From Octopus vulgaris (lineage: Eukaryota): a DNA stretch of 64,000 nt. The first letter of the stretch is position 1. Every line of letters begins with the position of its first letter. Shown here piece after piece: positions 50,501 to 64,000 of this stretch. A program made the position numbers and the translations under genes. The notes under the pieces are model-generated. The model did no database searches and had not been told where the DNA came from. It saw only the letters and a program-made list of their open reading frames with translations. Location of the stretch: positions 21,824,001-21,888,000 of the forward strand of contig OX597840.1 of the NCBI GenBank assembly GCA_951406725.2, written 5' to 3'.

Positions 50501-52707
50501 CGTATATATGCATGTATATATATATATACACGTATATATTCATGTACTTATATATACATGTATATATATATATATATATATACACGTATATACGTGTATC
50601 TATATGTATACATGTATATATATGTGTATATATATATATGTATACATGTATATATATGTGTATATATATATGTATATATATATGTATAAGTGTATATATA
50701 TGACACATATATGCACATATATATACATGTATACATATGTATACACATATATATACACGTATACATATATATAAACATATATATACACGTATACATATAT
50801 ATAAACATATATATACACGTATACATATATATACACATATATACATGTATACATATATAGACACATATACATACATGTATACATATATACACATATATAC
50901 ATATATATATACATGTATACATATATATACATGTATACATATATATACACATATATATACACATGTATACATATATATACACATATATGTACACATGTAT
51001 ACATATATATACATGTATACATATATATACATGTATATATACACGTATACATACACATATATACATGTATACATATATATACACATATATATACATGTAT
51101 ACATATATATACACATGTATACATATATATACACATGTATACATATATATACACATGTATACATATATATACACATGTATACATATATATAAACATATAT
51201 ATACACATGTATACATATATATACACGTATATATACATGCATATATATATATACACGTATATATACATGCATATATATATATACGTATATATACATGCAT
51301 ATATATATATACACGTATATATACATGTATATATATATATACGTATATATACATGTATATATATATATACGTATATATACATGTATATATATACACGTAT
51401 ATATACATGTATATATACATGTATATATATATATATATATTCATGTATATATACATGTATATATATATATTCACGTATATATACATGTATATATATATAT
51501 ATATTCACGTATATATACACATACACGTATATATATTCACGTATATATACACATACACGTATATATATTCACGTATATATACACATACACGTATATATAC
51601 ATGTATATATATATATGTATATATACATGTATATATATATATACACGTATATATACATGTATATATATATACACGTATATATACACGTGTATATATATAT
51701 ACATGTATATATATATGTATATATATATATACATATATATATATATGTATATATACGTGTATATATGTGTATATATATATATGTCAACCTATGCTAGCAT
51801 GGAAAATGGACGCTAAACGATGATTATGATGATATACGTGTATATATACGTGTATATATATATACATGTATATATGCGTGTATATATATGTGTATATATA
51901 TTTATATACATGTATATATGCGTGTATATATATGTGTATATATATATATGTATATGCATGTATATATATGTGTATATATATATATACGTGTATATATATA
52001 TATATACATGTATATATACGTGTATATATATGTGTATATATATATATATATACATGTATATATACGTGTATATATATGTGTATATATATATACATGTATA
52101 TATAAGTGTATATATATACGTGTATATATATATACATGTATATATACGTGTATATATATATATACATGTATATATACGTGTATATATATATACATGTATA
52201 TATACGTGTATATATACATACATGTATATATACGTGTATCTATATATATATACATGTATATATATGTATACGTGTATATATATATGTATATATACGTGTA
52301 TATATATATATGTATATATACGTGTATATATATATATATGTATATATATACATGTATATATATATACATGTATATATATATACATGTATATATATATATA
52401 CACATGCACATATATATATGTATATATATATACATGTATATATATGTATTTACATGTATATATATATATATATACATGTATATATATATATATACATGTA
52501 TATATATATACATGCATATATACACGTATATATATATATATACATGTATGTATATATATATACGTACATGTACATATATATATACATACATACATGTATA
52601 TATATACATACATACATACATGTATATATATACATATACACGTATATATACATATATATATACACACATGTATATATATATATACACACATGTATATATA
52701 TATATAT

Positions 52708-52750
<43 letters not shown>

Positions 52751-53142
52751 CAATGGCGGTGCTCCAGCATGGCCACAGCTCGTGAGCTGAAACTAGATAA
52801 AAGAAAAAAATTTTAAAAATACATGTATATATATATGTATATACATGTATATACATATATATATATATGTATATACATATATACATGTATATATATGTAT
52901 ATACATATATACATGTATATATACGTATATACATATATACATGTATATATATATGTACATACATATATACATGTATATATATACGTATATACATATATAC
53001 ATGTATATATATACGTATATACATGTATATATATGTATATACATCTATATACATATATACATGTATATACGTATATACGTATATACATGTATATATATGT
53101 ATACACATATATACATGTATATATATATGTATATACATATAC
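45941..53142. repeat. Long degenerate (TA)n satellite with TACATG/TACACG/TACGTA variants, interrupted by short retroelement remnants
   Basis: Seen directly; produces the YIYIYM ORFs. Confidence 0.95.
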
Positions 53143-54037
53143 AGGTGGGCTGAGGACAACAACATGCAGTTTAATGCAGGTAAGTTCCAGGCCCTGCGCT
53201 ATTGGCACACAAAGGTAAATGACGTGAAGGCTGGATACACTGGCCCAGGAAGAATTGCAATCCCTGAGTCAAAATCAGTGCATGACCTGGGCATTGACAT
53301 GAGCAATGATGCATCTTTCCAAATGCATATTGCTAATCTGGTGATAAAATGCAGACGGCTAGCTGGATGGATTCTCCGAACTTTCAGAACAAGAGAGAAG
53401 GAGACACTGATGGTCCTATGGAAAACATTCGTCCTCAGCCGCTTGGACTATTGCTCCCAACTTTGGTCACCACACAATATAAAACTAACAACAGAACTCG
53501 AAGCAATTCAGAGAAGCTACACAAAGAAAATCGTCTCAATGCAAAATATCAGCTACTGGGAAAGACTGAAGGTATTAAACCTCTTCTCCCTAGAGCGGAG
53601 GCGGGAGAGATATGCAGTGATATACATCTGGAAAATCCTGGAGGGTCTTGTCCCAAACTTACCCCAACCACAGAACGGGGCGCCACTGCATGGGGCCAAG
53701 GATTCCAACATCACCATCAAAATACAGGTCCAGATACTGCAACAGCTTGGGTTTCAGAGGACTACAGCTCTTTAACATCCTCCCTAAATGCCTGAGAGAC
53801 TTACATGGTGTGGATGTGGGTTTCTTTAAAACTAAACTGGATCTCTTCTTGTTGGGAGTCCCAGATGAACCTACCTCACGACAGGAGACGCGGATGCGGG
53901 CAGCAGCATCGAACTCCCTTGTTGATCAAGTGCCACGTATCAGAGGTGGATTCACAAACTAGTGTAGCTCATTCAGCGGTGGTGCCCCAGCATGGCCGCG
54001 GCCTTCGGGCTAAAACATTTTTAAGGATTTTAAGGAT
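53141..54037 (+). mobile_element. Mirror copy of the CR1/L2-like LINE 3' fragment, with a frameshifting deletion near 53660
   Basis: ORFs 52867..53775 and 53648..53962 together reproduce the 45108..46259 protein. Confidence 0.88.
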
Positions 54038-54184
54038 ATATACATGTACATATATGTATATACATATATGTATATACATGTATGTATATATATATAAGTA
54101 TATATATATATATGTATGTATATATGTATGTGTATATATATATATGTATGTATATATATATATATGTATGTGTATATATATATG

Positions 54185-54223
<39 letters not shown>

Positions 54224-54634
54224 ATATATATATATATACATATACTCCTAAAAAGCATCCGTGAGGTAAAATCGTGTAGCAAACCAAATGGCGGTGCCCC
54301 AGCATGGCCACAGCTCATTAGCTGAAACTGGAAAAATCAAAATCAAAATCATATGTATATATATATATGTATATATATGTATATATATATGTATGTATAT
54401 GTGTTAGTTAGTTAGTTAGTTAATTTGGCTCAAAAGCAAATAGCAAGGCCATGTAGGGGGACATGGAGTTAAGTACAGGGTGGTGTTCATGTAAAGAGTT
54501 CAGGCCACTTGAGGTCAAGGGAGGCTTTGAACAAAGCGGTCGTCGGCATCTTCACCATCTCGTCTGGCAGCTTGTTCCACGGATCCGCAACCCGGACGGA
54601 GAAAGCTCCTCTCCTTCGATTGAGATGAAATCGT

Positions 54635-54699
<65 letters not shown>

Positions 54700-54704
54700 G
54701 TATG

Positions 54705-54737
<33 letters not shown>

Positions 54738-54788
54738 GTATATATATGTATATATATATATGTATATATATATATGTATATATATATG

Positions 54789-54819
<31 letters not shown>

Positions 54820-55665
54820 GTATATATATATATGTATATATATATATGTATATATATATATATGTATATATATATATGTATATATATATATGTATACGTA
54901 TACATATATATACGTATACATATATATACGTATACATACATATACATATATATACGTATATATATATATATATAGATACATATATATATATATACGTATA
55001 TATATATATATATATCTCTTATGATAAAAGGCAGATTTTATCTGCCTCCCAAACCATTCGTTTTTTATACAATTCTACAATATAGAATTTCTTCAATTGG
55101 GATTTACCTATCATTTTTACAAGTAGATTCCATCGGGTCGTGGCATGTAAAGTTTTTTCAATTTCACCCCTAATTAAGCAAAAATTCGACAAAAGTAAAT
55201 ATTTTATGATTTCCCTCTTTCATTTCAAGTGCTTCACTCCTCCCATTACCACCACACTTTCTGCTACTTTCTCTTTGCAAGTGTACACACACATAGACAC
55301 GCAAACATTTTTTTCGGGAAGTTCAAACGTTTCAAACAACTACATACAAACACTCAAACACACACGTGTGTGTTTGTTATTAGTAAAAAAGGCGCCAAAC
55401 ACAACTCACTTCTCATTCGAACACATTTGCAAAAACACACCGACGGTCAAATTGCCATAACAATACAGAAAAGGTAAATTGGTTTTTAATTTACTTTCTG
55501 TCGTTAAAGTTTGGTAGTATTAATCGGCGAGCGTACTTCTGTTGTCAATTGTTGACAGAAAGAAATTGTAAGCTAATAAGGTGTGTGAGTGTGTGTGTGT
55601 AGGAAGTGAAGGATAAAAATATGGCGAGAAGTGAACAGATGTACATATATACATCCATACATACA

Positions 55666-55701
<36 letters not shown>

Positions 55702-55862
55702 TATGTATGTGTATTAATGTGTGTGTGTTATCTCTCTCTATATAAAGCTGAAGTTGTCTGTGTGCGCCAGGTTTGGTAACCTTCAACTAACACTATCTCC
55801 TCCGAGACCCTGTATATATATATGTATATGTATATGTATATATATGTGTATATGTATATATA

Positions 55863-55911
<49 letters not shown>

Positions 55912-55928
55912 GTGTGTATATATATATA

Positions 55929-55959
<31 letters not shown>

Positions 55960-56345
55960 GTGTATATATATATATATATGTGTATATATATGTATATATA
56001 TATATATGTGTATATATATATGTATATATATATATGTATATATATGTATATGTATATATATATATGTATAAATATATGTATATGTATATATATATATGTA
56101 TAAATATATGTATATATATATATATATATGTCTATATGTGTAGTTGGGGGATTTCTTTTTCTGAAAAGCCCAGCTTATCCACATTTTTAGTCCTGCAGTG
56201 GACTGAACCAGAGGAAGCCAGTTATGTAGAGTGTGTGTGCAATGAAAAGTGTGAAATGGAAGAGCAGAGAAAAGTGGGATTAGCAGAAGAATAAAAAGAA
56301 AACAGAGTAACAGACATGAAAAGGAGAGAAAGAAGTTTAACTCAC

Positions 56346-59300
56346 TCTGATGGCCTCCTGAAACCAGTTCTTTGCCTTGGTAAACTCTTTGTTGTCGGCA
56401 GCCAAGATAGCGAGGCAATAATAAGCTTTGGCATCATTAGGTTTTAACTCCAGTAAATGCAGCAACCTGGAAAGACACAAGGAGGACAAACACCATCTTC
56501 TTTACCTCCACCATTTTGTGATTCAGAGAGAAATACGCAAGTTGGCACATCACAAAATTCTATGAGTAGCAGACAAAATGTGTCTAGCAGTGGCTGGTGA
56601 GAATGCTAGATGTGCATTTCAGCGTCATTGAACGTTGTCAGTAGCCTAGGAATGTTCAGATCACAGTTGTATGGTCGTGAGTTTAATTCCTGGCAGTGTG
56701 TAGTGTCCTTGAGCAAGACACTTTATTTCACGTTGCTCCAGTTCATTTCGCTGGCAAAAGTGAGTCATACCTGTAATTCAATGGGCCAACCTTGTCACAT
56801 TGCTGAATCTCTCTTGCATGTTCATTCCACGAGTAGCCTCTTCCGTTGATCAGATCAACTGGGACACTCGGAAGTGAGAGAATGACAATTACTAAATATT
56901 AATGACAAAATCCATCTCTTCTGATACAGGGAAACTGACTGAACAATCACTGATGCTGCAATTAGCTGCCTGGCTGAATCTGTTATAAGCAACCGAAGCA
57001 GTATTCAATTAAAACAGCCATCCACGTATCTGCAAGAGATTGCTCAGTCACTGCTTTCCTATAATGGTAGGGGCTGGCTTTTTTCTTAGAATACGGTTGT
57101 CAATGGGTAAATGCTTTTGACGAAATGTGCATCTAACATTCTGTTATGGCAGGTTGATTGTTGTTTGGTAGTTCTGGATTTTGTGTTCTTAAACACAGCA
57201 CATCTGTAAGAGAGATTACCTCCCGATGAATACTGATTATCTCCAGATGAATACTACAGGAATAAGAAAAAAAAAACCTTGTTTGTACGATGATGATGGC
57301 CATTTACAACCATCACGTAATGTCCTGACAAGGTCACACGTGTATACACACACACAGACACTGTTGGTTACGACTGGGTCTCAGTCGATCCAATCAACAG
57401 AACAACCTACTCATCATCATCATCATTTAACATCTGTTGTCCAGGCTGGCAAGGTGGGGGAGCTGCCCCAGACTCCAGTTTGATTTGGCAGGGTTTCTAT
57501 GGCTGCATGCTTTTATGTGGCACCACTACTCTCATGAAACGATATTAACCTTTCCGAGTAAGGCAAGATTTCTCATGGCTAGACATGCTTTTCCATGAAA
57601 GACTGGAAACAAAACAACCTTGCTTGTACGATGATGATGATGATGATGCTCGTTTACAATCATCACATCTAGACAAGAGTACACACACACAGAGAATAGG
57701 CTTCTTTCAGTTTCCATCTAGAAAATGTTGAAGAAGACAAGATTAAGGCACAAGAGAGTATCAAAGAGTTACAGAAAGATGCAAACACAACAATAATACA
57801 AAATAACAATGTTAACGAATCTGGAGATGTGGGTTCAAATCCATTGATTGTGTTCACCTGAGAAGTAGTAAAGTGAGTAATTTGTGACTAAAGTAACTGT
57901 TGCCTGAGATGAGGTTCAAAGGTCTTCTTAGGAAATGGCTCTGACAGAGGGGAGAGAACTCATCTCAGAAACACACCACCTTCATGAATAGAAGAGAACC
58001 CTCTTTAGACAAACAGACAGACAACAAGTGTAACTGTGAGGTTAAGAATTTTGCTTTCCAACCATGTGGCACCTTGGGTAAAGATTTTCTATTATAGATG
58101 AAAATAGATCCTTCTTTCAATCATGTAGGCTCATAGGGCCAGTTTCCTAGTTTCTGTGGAATATATATTCCTCTCCCGGATGGGATGCCAGTCCCTCGCA
58201 GGATTAACTCACTTTTGCCAGCCGAGTGGACTGGTGCACTGTGAAGTGAAGTGTTTTGCTCAAGAACACAACACATTGCCCAGTCCAGGAACCGAAACCA
58301 CAGTTTCATGATCAAGAGTTCAACAAAGGCCCAGCCAGATGTTATCTCTGAATGGAAGAGAACTTGCTTTCTAGAGCAGCTCAGGTTGACCCAACATGAA
58401 TGGAAGAGAACTTAAGGGACAGCAGTTTAATTAAAATCTTCTCCAGGAACATAGGAAAGAATGACAGGAAGTTATTTCTATTTAGATGACAGCATAGGAA
58501 TGATAAGGGAACAACTTACCTCCTCATCGCTTCAGGTCGATAAACTGGGTCTCCAAGATCTTGTAAAAGAAGGGCTGAGTTGAAAAGTGTTTGCTGCAAA
58601 TATATTAAAAAAAAAAAACATTTTGTAACAAGGAATCATTATCATCATCATCGTCATCATCATTTAATTTCTGTATTTCATCAAGTTTGGGTTTGATGGT
58701 TTGAAAGGAACAACATACAAGGAGATCCTGAAAAGTTCCTGGCCGTAGGTCCCCTCTCAAATTCACATACTTATTGCAGCGGTTGTTGAGATTTTTCTAA
58801 GACCTGTAAAAGAACTCAGAAGGTTGTGCCTCCAACCAGGCTTTACAGGACACCCTTAAAGCTAGCAGCTTTTCCGCATCCCCTTGTGTGTGTGTGTCTA
58901 TCTATCTATAGATATACACACACACACAAACATGAAGTGGTACTGAAAAGTTATTGGCTTTGAGTAAAAGAAAATACAGGAGGATCAGTTTATGATTTAA
59001 TCCAAGATATTCCCCTCTCAGATTCGCATACTTATTGCAGTGGTCCTTCAGTTTTTCTAAGCCCTGTAAAAGCACTCAAAAACTGGGCCTCCAGCCAGGG
59101 CCTTTTGTGATGCCCTTAAAGCCAGGAACACCCCATAGCTTTAGTGCTGTATTGATCTCCATTTTCTGCTTCAGCCACAAGGATGTAACTACTCCAAAAT
59201 GCAATGCATCCACAGTTTGGTCCAGTGGTGCTGTGAGTCGATTTGGTGCATTTGCAACCATTTGTCAACAGCAAGAAACTTTCTCCATAACAAAACACAC

Positions 59301-62300
59301 TGAATGACTTTCGTAAAGGTTCGCATATGCCTCAAGCTTATTTGAACAGGTAACAATTTTGTGATTACATGTAGAATGTGTGCTACACATACTACTGCAG
59401 TAATGTAAATAAAATAATAAAAAGAGAATCAACTAACCTGGTGGTCAGGGTTCAATCTGAGTGCTTGCTCAAAGAAGGTGTTAGCTTCCAGGAGGTTCTT
59501 TTGTTCCAAGTTGACAACACCAATCTAAATTAGGGAGAAGAAACAGAGACACACTGCCAGGAAATGGTTGTTTGTATATCCAGAGGACTTGTGAAATATC
59601 ACAGCAAACAAAAAGTACATACACATACATATTTCTTTACTACCCACAAGGGGCTAAACAAGGACACAAAGGAATTAAGTCGATTACATCGACCCAGTGC
59701 GAAACTGGTACTTTATTTATCGACCCCGAGAGGATGAAAGTCGACCTCGGCGGAATTTGAACTCAGAACGTAGCGGCAAACGAAATACCGCTCAGCATTT
59801 CGCCCGGCGTGCTAACGTTTCTGCCAGCACATACACATATACAATGGGATGAGATGTTATAGCGAGCACACCTGTAGTGTCGGTCAGGGAGTTTGACTGG
59901 GGTGCTATGCCTGCCTGTCAAATGGTAATACAGGTGTCCCAAGGTGAACTCAGCACTGAAAGAAGCCATGTGTTGAGCAGAAGGGCAAAAGTAGAATGTG
60001 ACAAAGACAAAGTCAGCATTCGTGTATTCAGTGTCACCACACCCATACACAATATATGATGACATTCAGCCAACACAACAAACACCTGCATCATAAGGCA
60101 AAGAATACAACTCATATAGACACACAGATATATAACGGGAAGGTTTACGAAAATAAACAAAAGACGAAGGCAGGTGGAGTACAAACAGATATACATTGTC
60201 TCAGAAGATGCAATCACACATTATGTAACAAGACAAAACTCACCACACACACACACACACACAGTCTCAACATACATTATAAGACATACAGCTGATACAC
60301 ATACACACACACACATACAAAATATACAGCAATACACACACACACACACACACACACTACCACTACATGATAATAACGTTACCGAAAGAACCTTCATGTT
60401 GTTGCCTGACCTGCTAGAAAAAGCAGTAAAAAATCTTTAACCCTTCACCATTTAAACCAGCCACGTCTGGCTCAAATATGCTGTTTTATGTTCAAACAAG
60501 CCAGATCCAGCTTCTCACACCCACCCTTCAATGCCATTCTAAAAATATACAATCACATCATCAAAATCTCAAAGCTACGAGATATTGCATGGTTAATTCA
60601 AAACAATGTGAATGTAAAAAGATAACATTTGACAGAACAATCTGATTGTTAAAAGGGTTCATTCCTCCCAATCTGCTAAATTAAAAAAAAAGGGGGAGGG
60701 GTCAGACATATTGCATGATGTAGCCCTAGATACTGTTTTATGGTTTAGTTAGAAGAGGAAGGAATCCACTGCCCAGATTGAGGGGGACTTGATCTGAAAG
60801 CTTGTAGCAGAATGAAATCTGGCAAAGGCACCCAACGTCAGAGGGTGGTATTGAACCAGGATCAATGAATAAAAGACTGGATGGTTGGAACATGGGGCTT
60901 CTTTGATCAGATTTAAGGTGGGTCTTAACAACAACAATGGTTTCCATGGATACAGTTCATATCCTAAGGAAACACTATCAAATGTAACAGAACCTTAGTT
61001 GTCAGAATCTGGTCTTTTTCCCCTAGAATATCCTCATCATTTAATGTCTGCTTTCCATGCTGGCATGGGTCGGACGGTTTGACTGAAAACTGGTAAGCTG
61101 GGGGAGCTGCATCAGGCCCCAATCTCATTTAGCATGGTTTCTACAGCTGGATGCTCTTCGTAAAACCAACCACTTCAGGAATGTAGTGGGTGCTTTTTAC
61201 ATTCTACCACCCTGGGTGCCAGTTACGAAACACCAGCATTGGCCACGACTGTGACCTCACTCGGCTTGATGGGTCTTCCCAAGCACAGCAGATCGCCCAA
61301 TGTTCAAAGGGTGCTTATATATCATTAATTAATCATAAATAACCCCCGTAGTAAAACGTCCCACTTGCTACTGTTACTAGAAGTCCCCAGAAGACCTGAA
61401 ATAGCTTCTACAAAACAAAACAACAACAACAACAGTGTGTCCGTTGATGTCAGTGAGTGATTACATTATAGTAGATATCAGCATCCGACTGTTCGTAGTG
61501 GAGGGCGATGCGGTATTGTTCCTTGGCTTCTTCCAGTCTGGAGATGAAAGAAAAGAGAAACGAGAGGAAAGATGAAAAGAAGAAGAGACACGAACAAGAT
61601 GGAAAACAGAAAGAGGCAGAAAAATGAAAATAGAAATCAGAGGAAAAGACAAAAGAAAAGAAGAACAACAAAATTAGATGAAAAAAACCTAAAAAAAAAA
61701 AAGGAAAGAGAAAAATATGAAAATCTATACAAAAAATGTAATATTGAAAGTAGAAATAGACATAATTGTGTGTTGGGAGTGTGAGAGTGGCTTAGAGGTT
61801 GGGGAAGGTTTGTATTATGGTTGGGGGTAGCTGTAGAGGTGTAGGAGTGGTGGTGATGGTTGTAGTGGCATGTTAGTGGTGACTAATGTAGTGGGTGGGT
61901 GGGTGGTGGTGAACAGTGGTAGCAAAAGTGTCGTTGTGTCTCGGTGTTTGAGGGAAATCTCACATTCGACAACTGTTTGTGTATCATGGACTAATGGAAG
62001 AGTGATGAAGTAGTGAAGGATGACCTCATGGTGCCAAACCTTTTGGGTGAGAGGGCCAAAGGGCCGAGATGCTTGGCACCTTGCTGTACTCAAAGAGACC
62101 TGTGCTCCACAGCAGAAGTGTTGAGGCCGGTCCCCCTGGTAAAGAAGATTAGCCTGCAAGAATCTTGTGCTGGTGCCCCATAAGAAACCCCTGTGCAGTG
62201 CCACGTAAAACCACCCAGCACACACTGTAAAGTGGTTGGCATTAGGAAGGGCATCCGGCTGTAGAAACCAAGCCAAGTCAAGCTAGAACTTGGTGCAGCT

Positions 62301-63264
62301 GTCCAGCTTGCCAGCTCTGGTCGAACCATCCAACCCATGCCAGCAAGGAAAACGGACATTCAATGATGATTATGATGATGCAGTGATGGCTGTAGCTGAG
62401 GCTATAGTGGAGTGGTATGGTGTTGTAGTGGTCTCAGTGTTGAGACAGCCATGACTTCAGGAAGACACACAGACATACAGCCACAAACAATCTGCCATCC
62501 AGTTTAGCATTACTACCACCAGGGGCCTTGTTGGGAGTATTTAGACCTAATGGTTGGGAGTTCTCACAGCAAGTTTCTAGTCAGAGGTCAACTCAATCCC
62601 ATGAGGTACAACAAACATGTTTCCCTTTCCACTCGCATCATTGGCATTACCAGTCCCCTTTTAACCCCTTAGCATTTAAACTGGCCATATGGGGTCGAAA
62701 TATTTTGCCTGTGTTTTTGTTCACACTGGCTAGATCTGGCCTCTCACACCAACCCTACAATGTCATTCCAAAAACAAACAACCTCATCACCAAAACCTTG
62801 AAGCTATGAGATAATCCAGGATTAATTCAAAGCAATCACCATCATCATGATCATCATCATTTAATGTCCATTTTCCATGCTGGCATGGGTTAGACAGTTT
62901 GACAGGGGCTGGCAAGGATGGAGAGCTGCACCAGGTTCCATCGTCTGTTTTGGTATGGTTTCTATGACTGGATGCCCTTCCTGACACCAACCACTTTGGA
63001 GTGTACTGGGTGCTTTTTATGTGAAACGAACGCCAGTGTTTTGTACACAGCACCATTGCAAGTGCTTTTGGTGTGAAGCGATGAAATGTGGGAGGAGGTT
63101 GATAGGACAGGTGAATAAATGAGCATTCCATTTGACAGAGTAATCTGAATGCAGAAAACGATGACAGGTACAGAAACTTACCTTCCCAAACGGACAAGAA
63201 CCTCTCCTCTACTCATGTAAGCTTTCACATAATCAGCTCTCATGGTAATGGCAGACTTATACAG
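56346..63264 (-). CDS. TMTC3: Partial inverted duplicate of TMTC3 (copy C): exons 13-17 at 63182-63264, 61465-61537, 59438-59524, 58520-58593, 56346-56466; continues past the window end
   Basis: Reverse complement of 35834-42759 with matching splice sites; forms the right arm of the giant palindrome. Confidence 0.8.
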
Positions 63265-64000
63265 CTAGAGAAATAAAAATGAAGGTTAAAATATAGGATG
63301 AGAGAAATGGAAAGGAGGGTTAAAATATAGGATTAGGGATGTAGATGAAAAGATTAAAGAAACAAAAGTGGAGGTGAAAATATCAGGCAACGATGTATTT
63401 AACAGCAGTTTCCTATTTGAAGCTGTACATGGCTGTGGTACGTCCACAGAGTTTGCATCACCAGTCTGAAACCCTTATCTTGCTCAGCATATCGATCTCC
63501 TGGAAACTGTTTAGAAATGTGCAACCAGATGAATACCTGCTGTCAGGCATCGACCATAACCTGAACATCTTGTTTCCCTGGGCATGGACACATTAAAGCT
63601 CCAATGTCTGGCAAATGATTTGGTAAATACCCACAAAATTATCCACCATCTTTCCAACAACAACCTTGGGCATCTTTTTCAACTCCATATGTTTGACACT
63701 CATGGACAGGTTTACAAAATAAAAAAAAAATAACACAACACCCATCACTATTGGAAACATTTTTTTCACACTCCGAATTTCTGAAGCATGGAATAAACCA
63801 CCCACATCAGTTGTTAGCTGTTGAGACACCACATCCTTCAAAAAGCTTCCTGAAATCTCCCAACAACATACCTTATTTTCTCCCCACCTTTTTTTTTATT
63901 AAAACAACTCATTCACTGTTCACTTCCTGTGCATTATTCTATATACTGTTTGTGCACTTTTGGATACTTTTTCTGAGGAGTTGCAGTGCAGCCCCTGAGC

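Noticed and set aside
45941-53142. Repeat-and-unique alternation resembling a CRISPR array
   Set aside because: Eukaryotic microsatellite with no constant-length repeat or spacer and no cas genes

Overview
AT-rich, repeat-dense animal genomic DNA. The SINE, MITE and (TA)/(CA) microsatellite content suggests an octopus or other coleoid cephalopod (inference). The main gene is a spliced TMTC3 orthologue (protein O-mannosyltransferase with TPR repeats) on the + strand: 17 GT-AG coding exons from 22328 to 42759, 704 codons, with the C-terminal TPR exons missing. A first coding exon resembling ZSWIM2 (15611-15758, - strand) faces away from it, with tandem RFX X-box-like motifs at about 17060-17085. 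The window is dominated by near-identical inverted duplications. Bases 1-15374 are the reverse complement of 25937-41370 and end at a 100-N gap. Bases ~52750-64000 are the reverse complement of 35099-~46330, forming a palindrome of at least 29 kb that folds back inside a ~6.5 kb TA-rich self-complementary satellite. TMTC3 exons 13-16 therefore occur three times. Copy-specific 1-bp indels, garbled sequence at the fold and the adjacent gap make a long-read fold-back or haplotig mis-assembly the most likely explanation, though a real inverted duplication cannot be excluded from sequence alone. The rest is CR1-like LINE relics, a Tc1/mariner relic, piggyBac-, hAT- and mariner-type MITEs, tRNA-derived SINEs and simple repeats. 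I found no convincing novel biological system; the long Tyr/Ile-rich ORFs are microsatellite artefacts.
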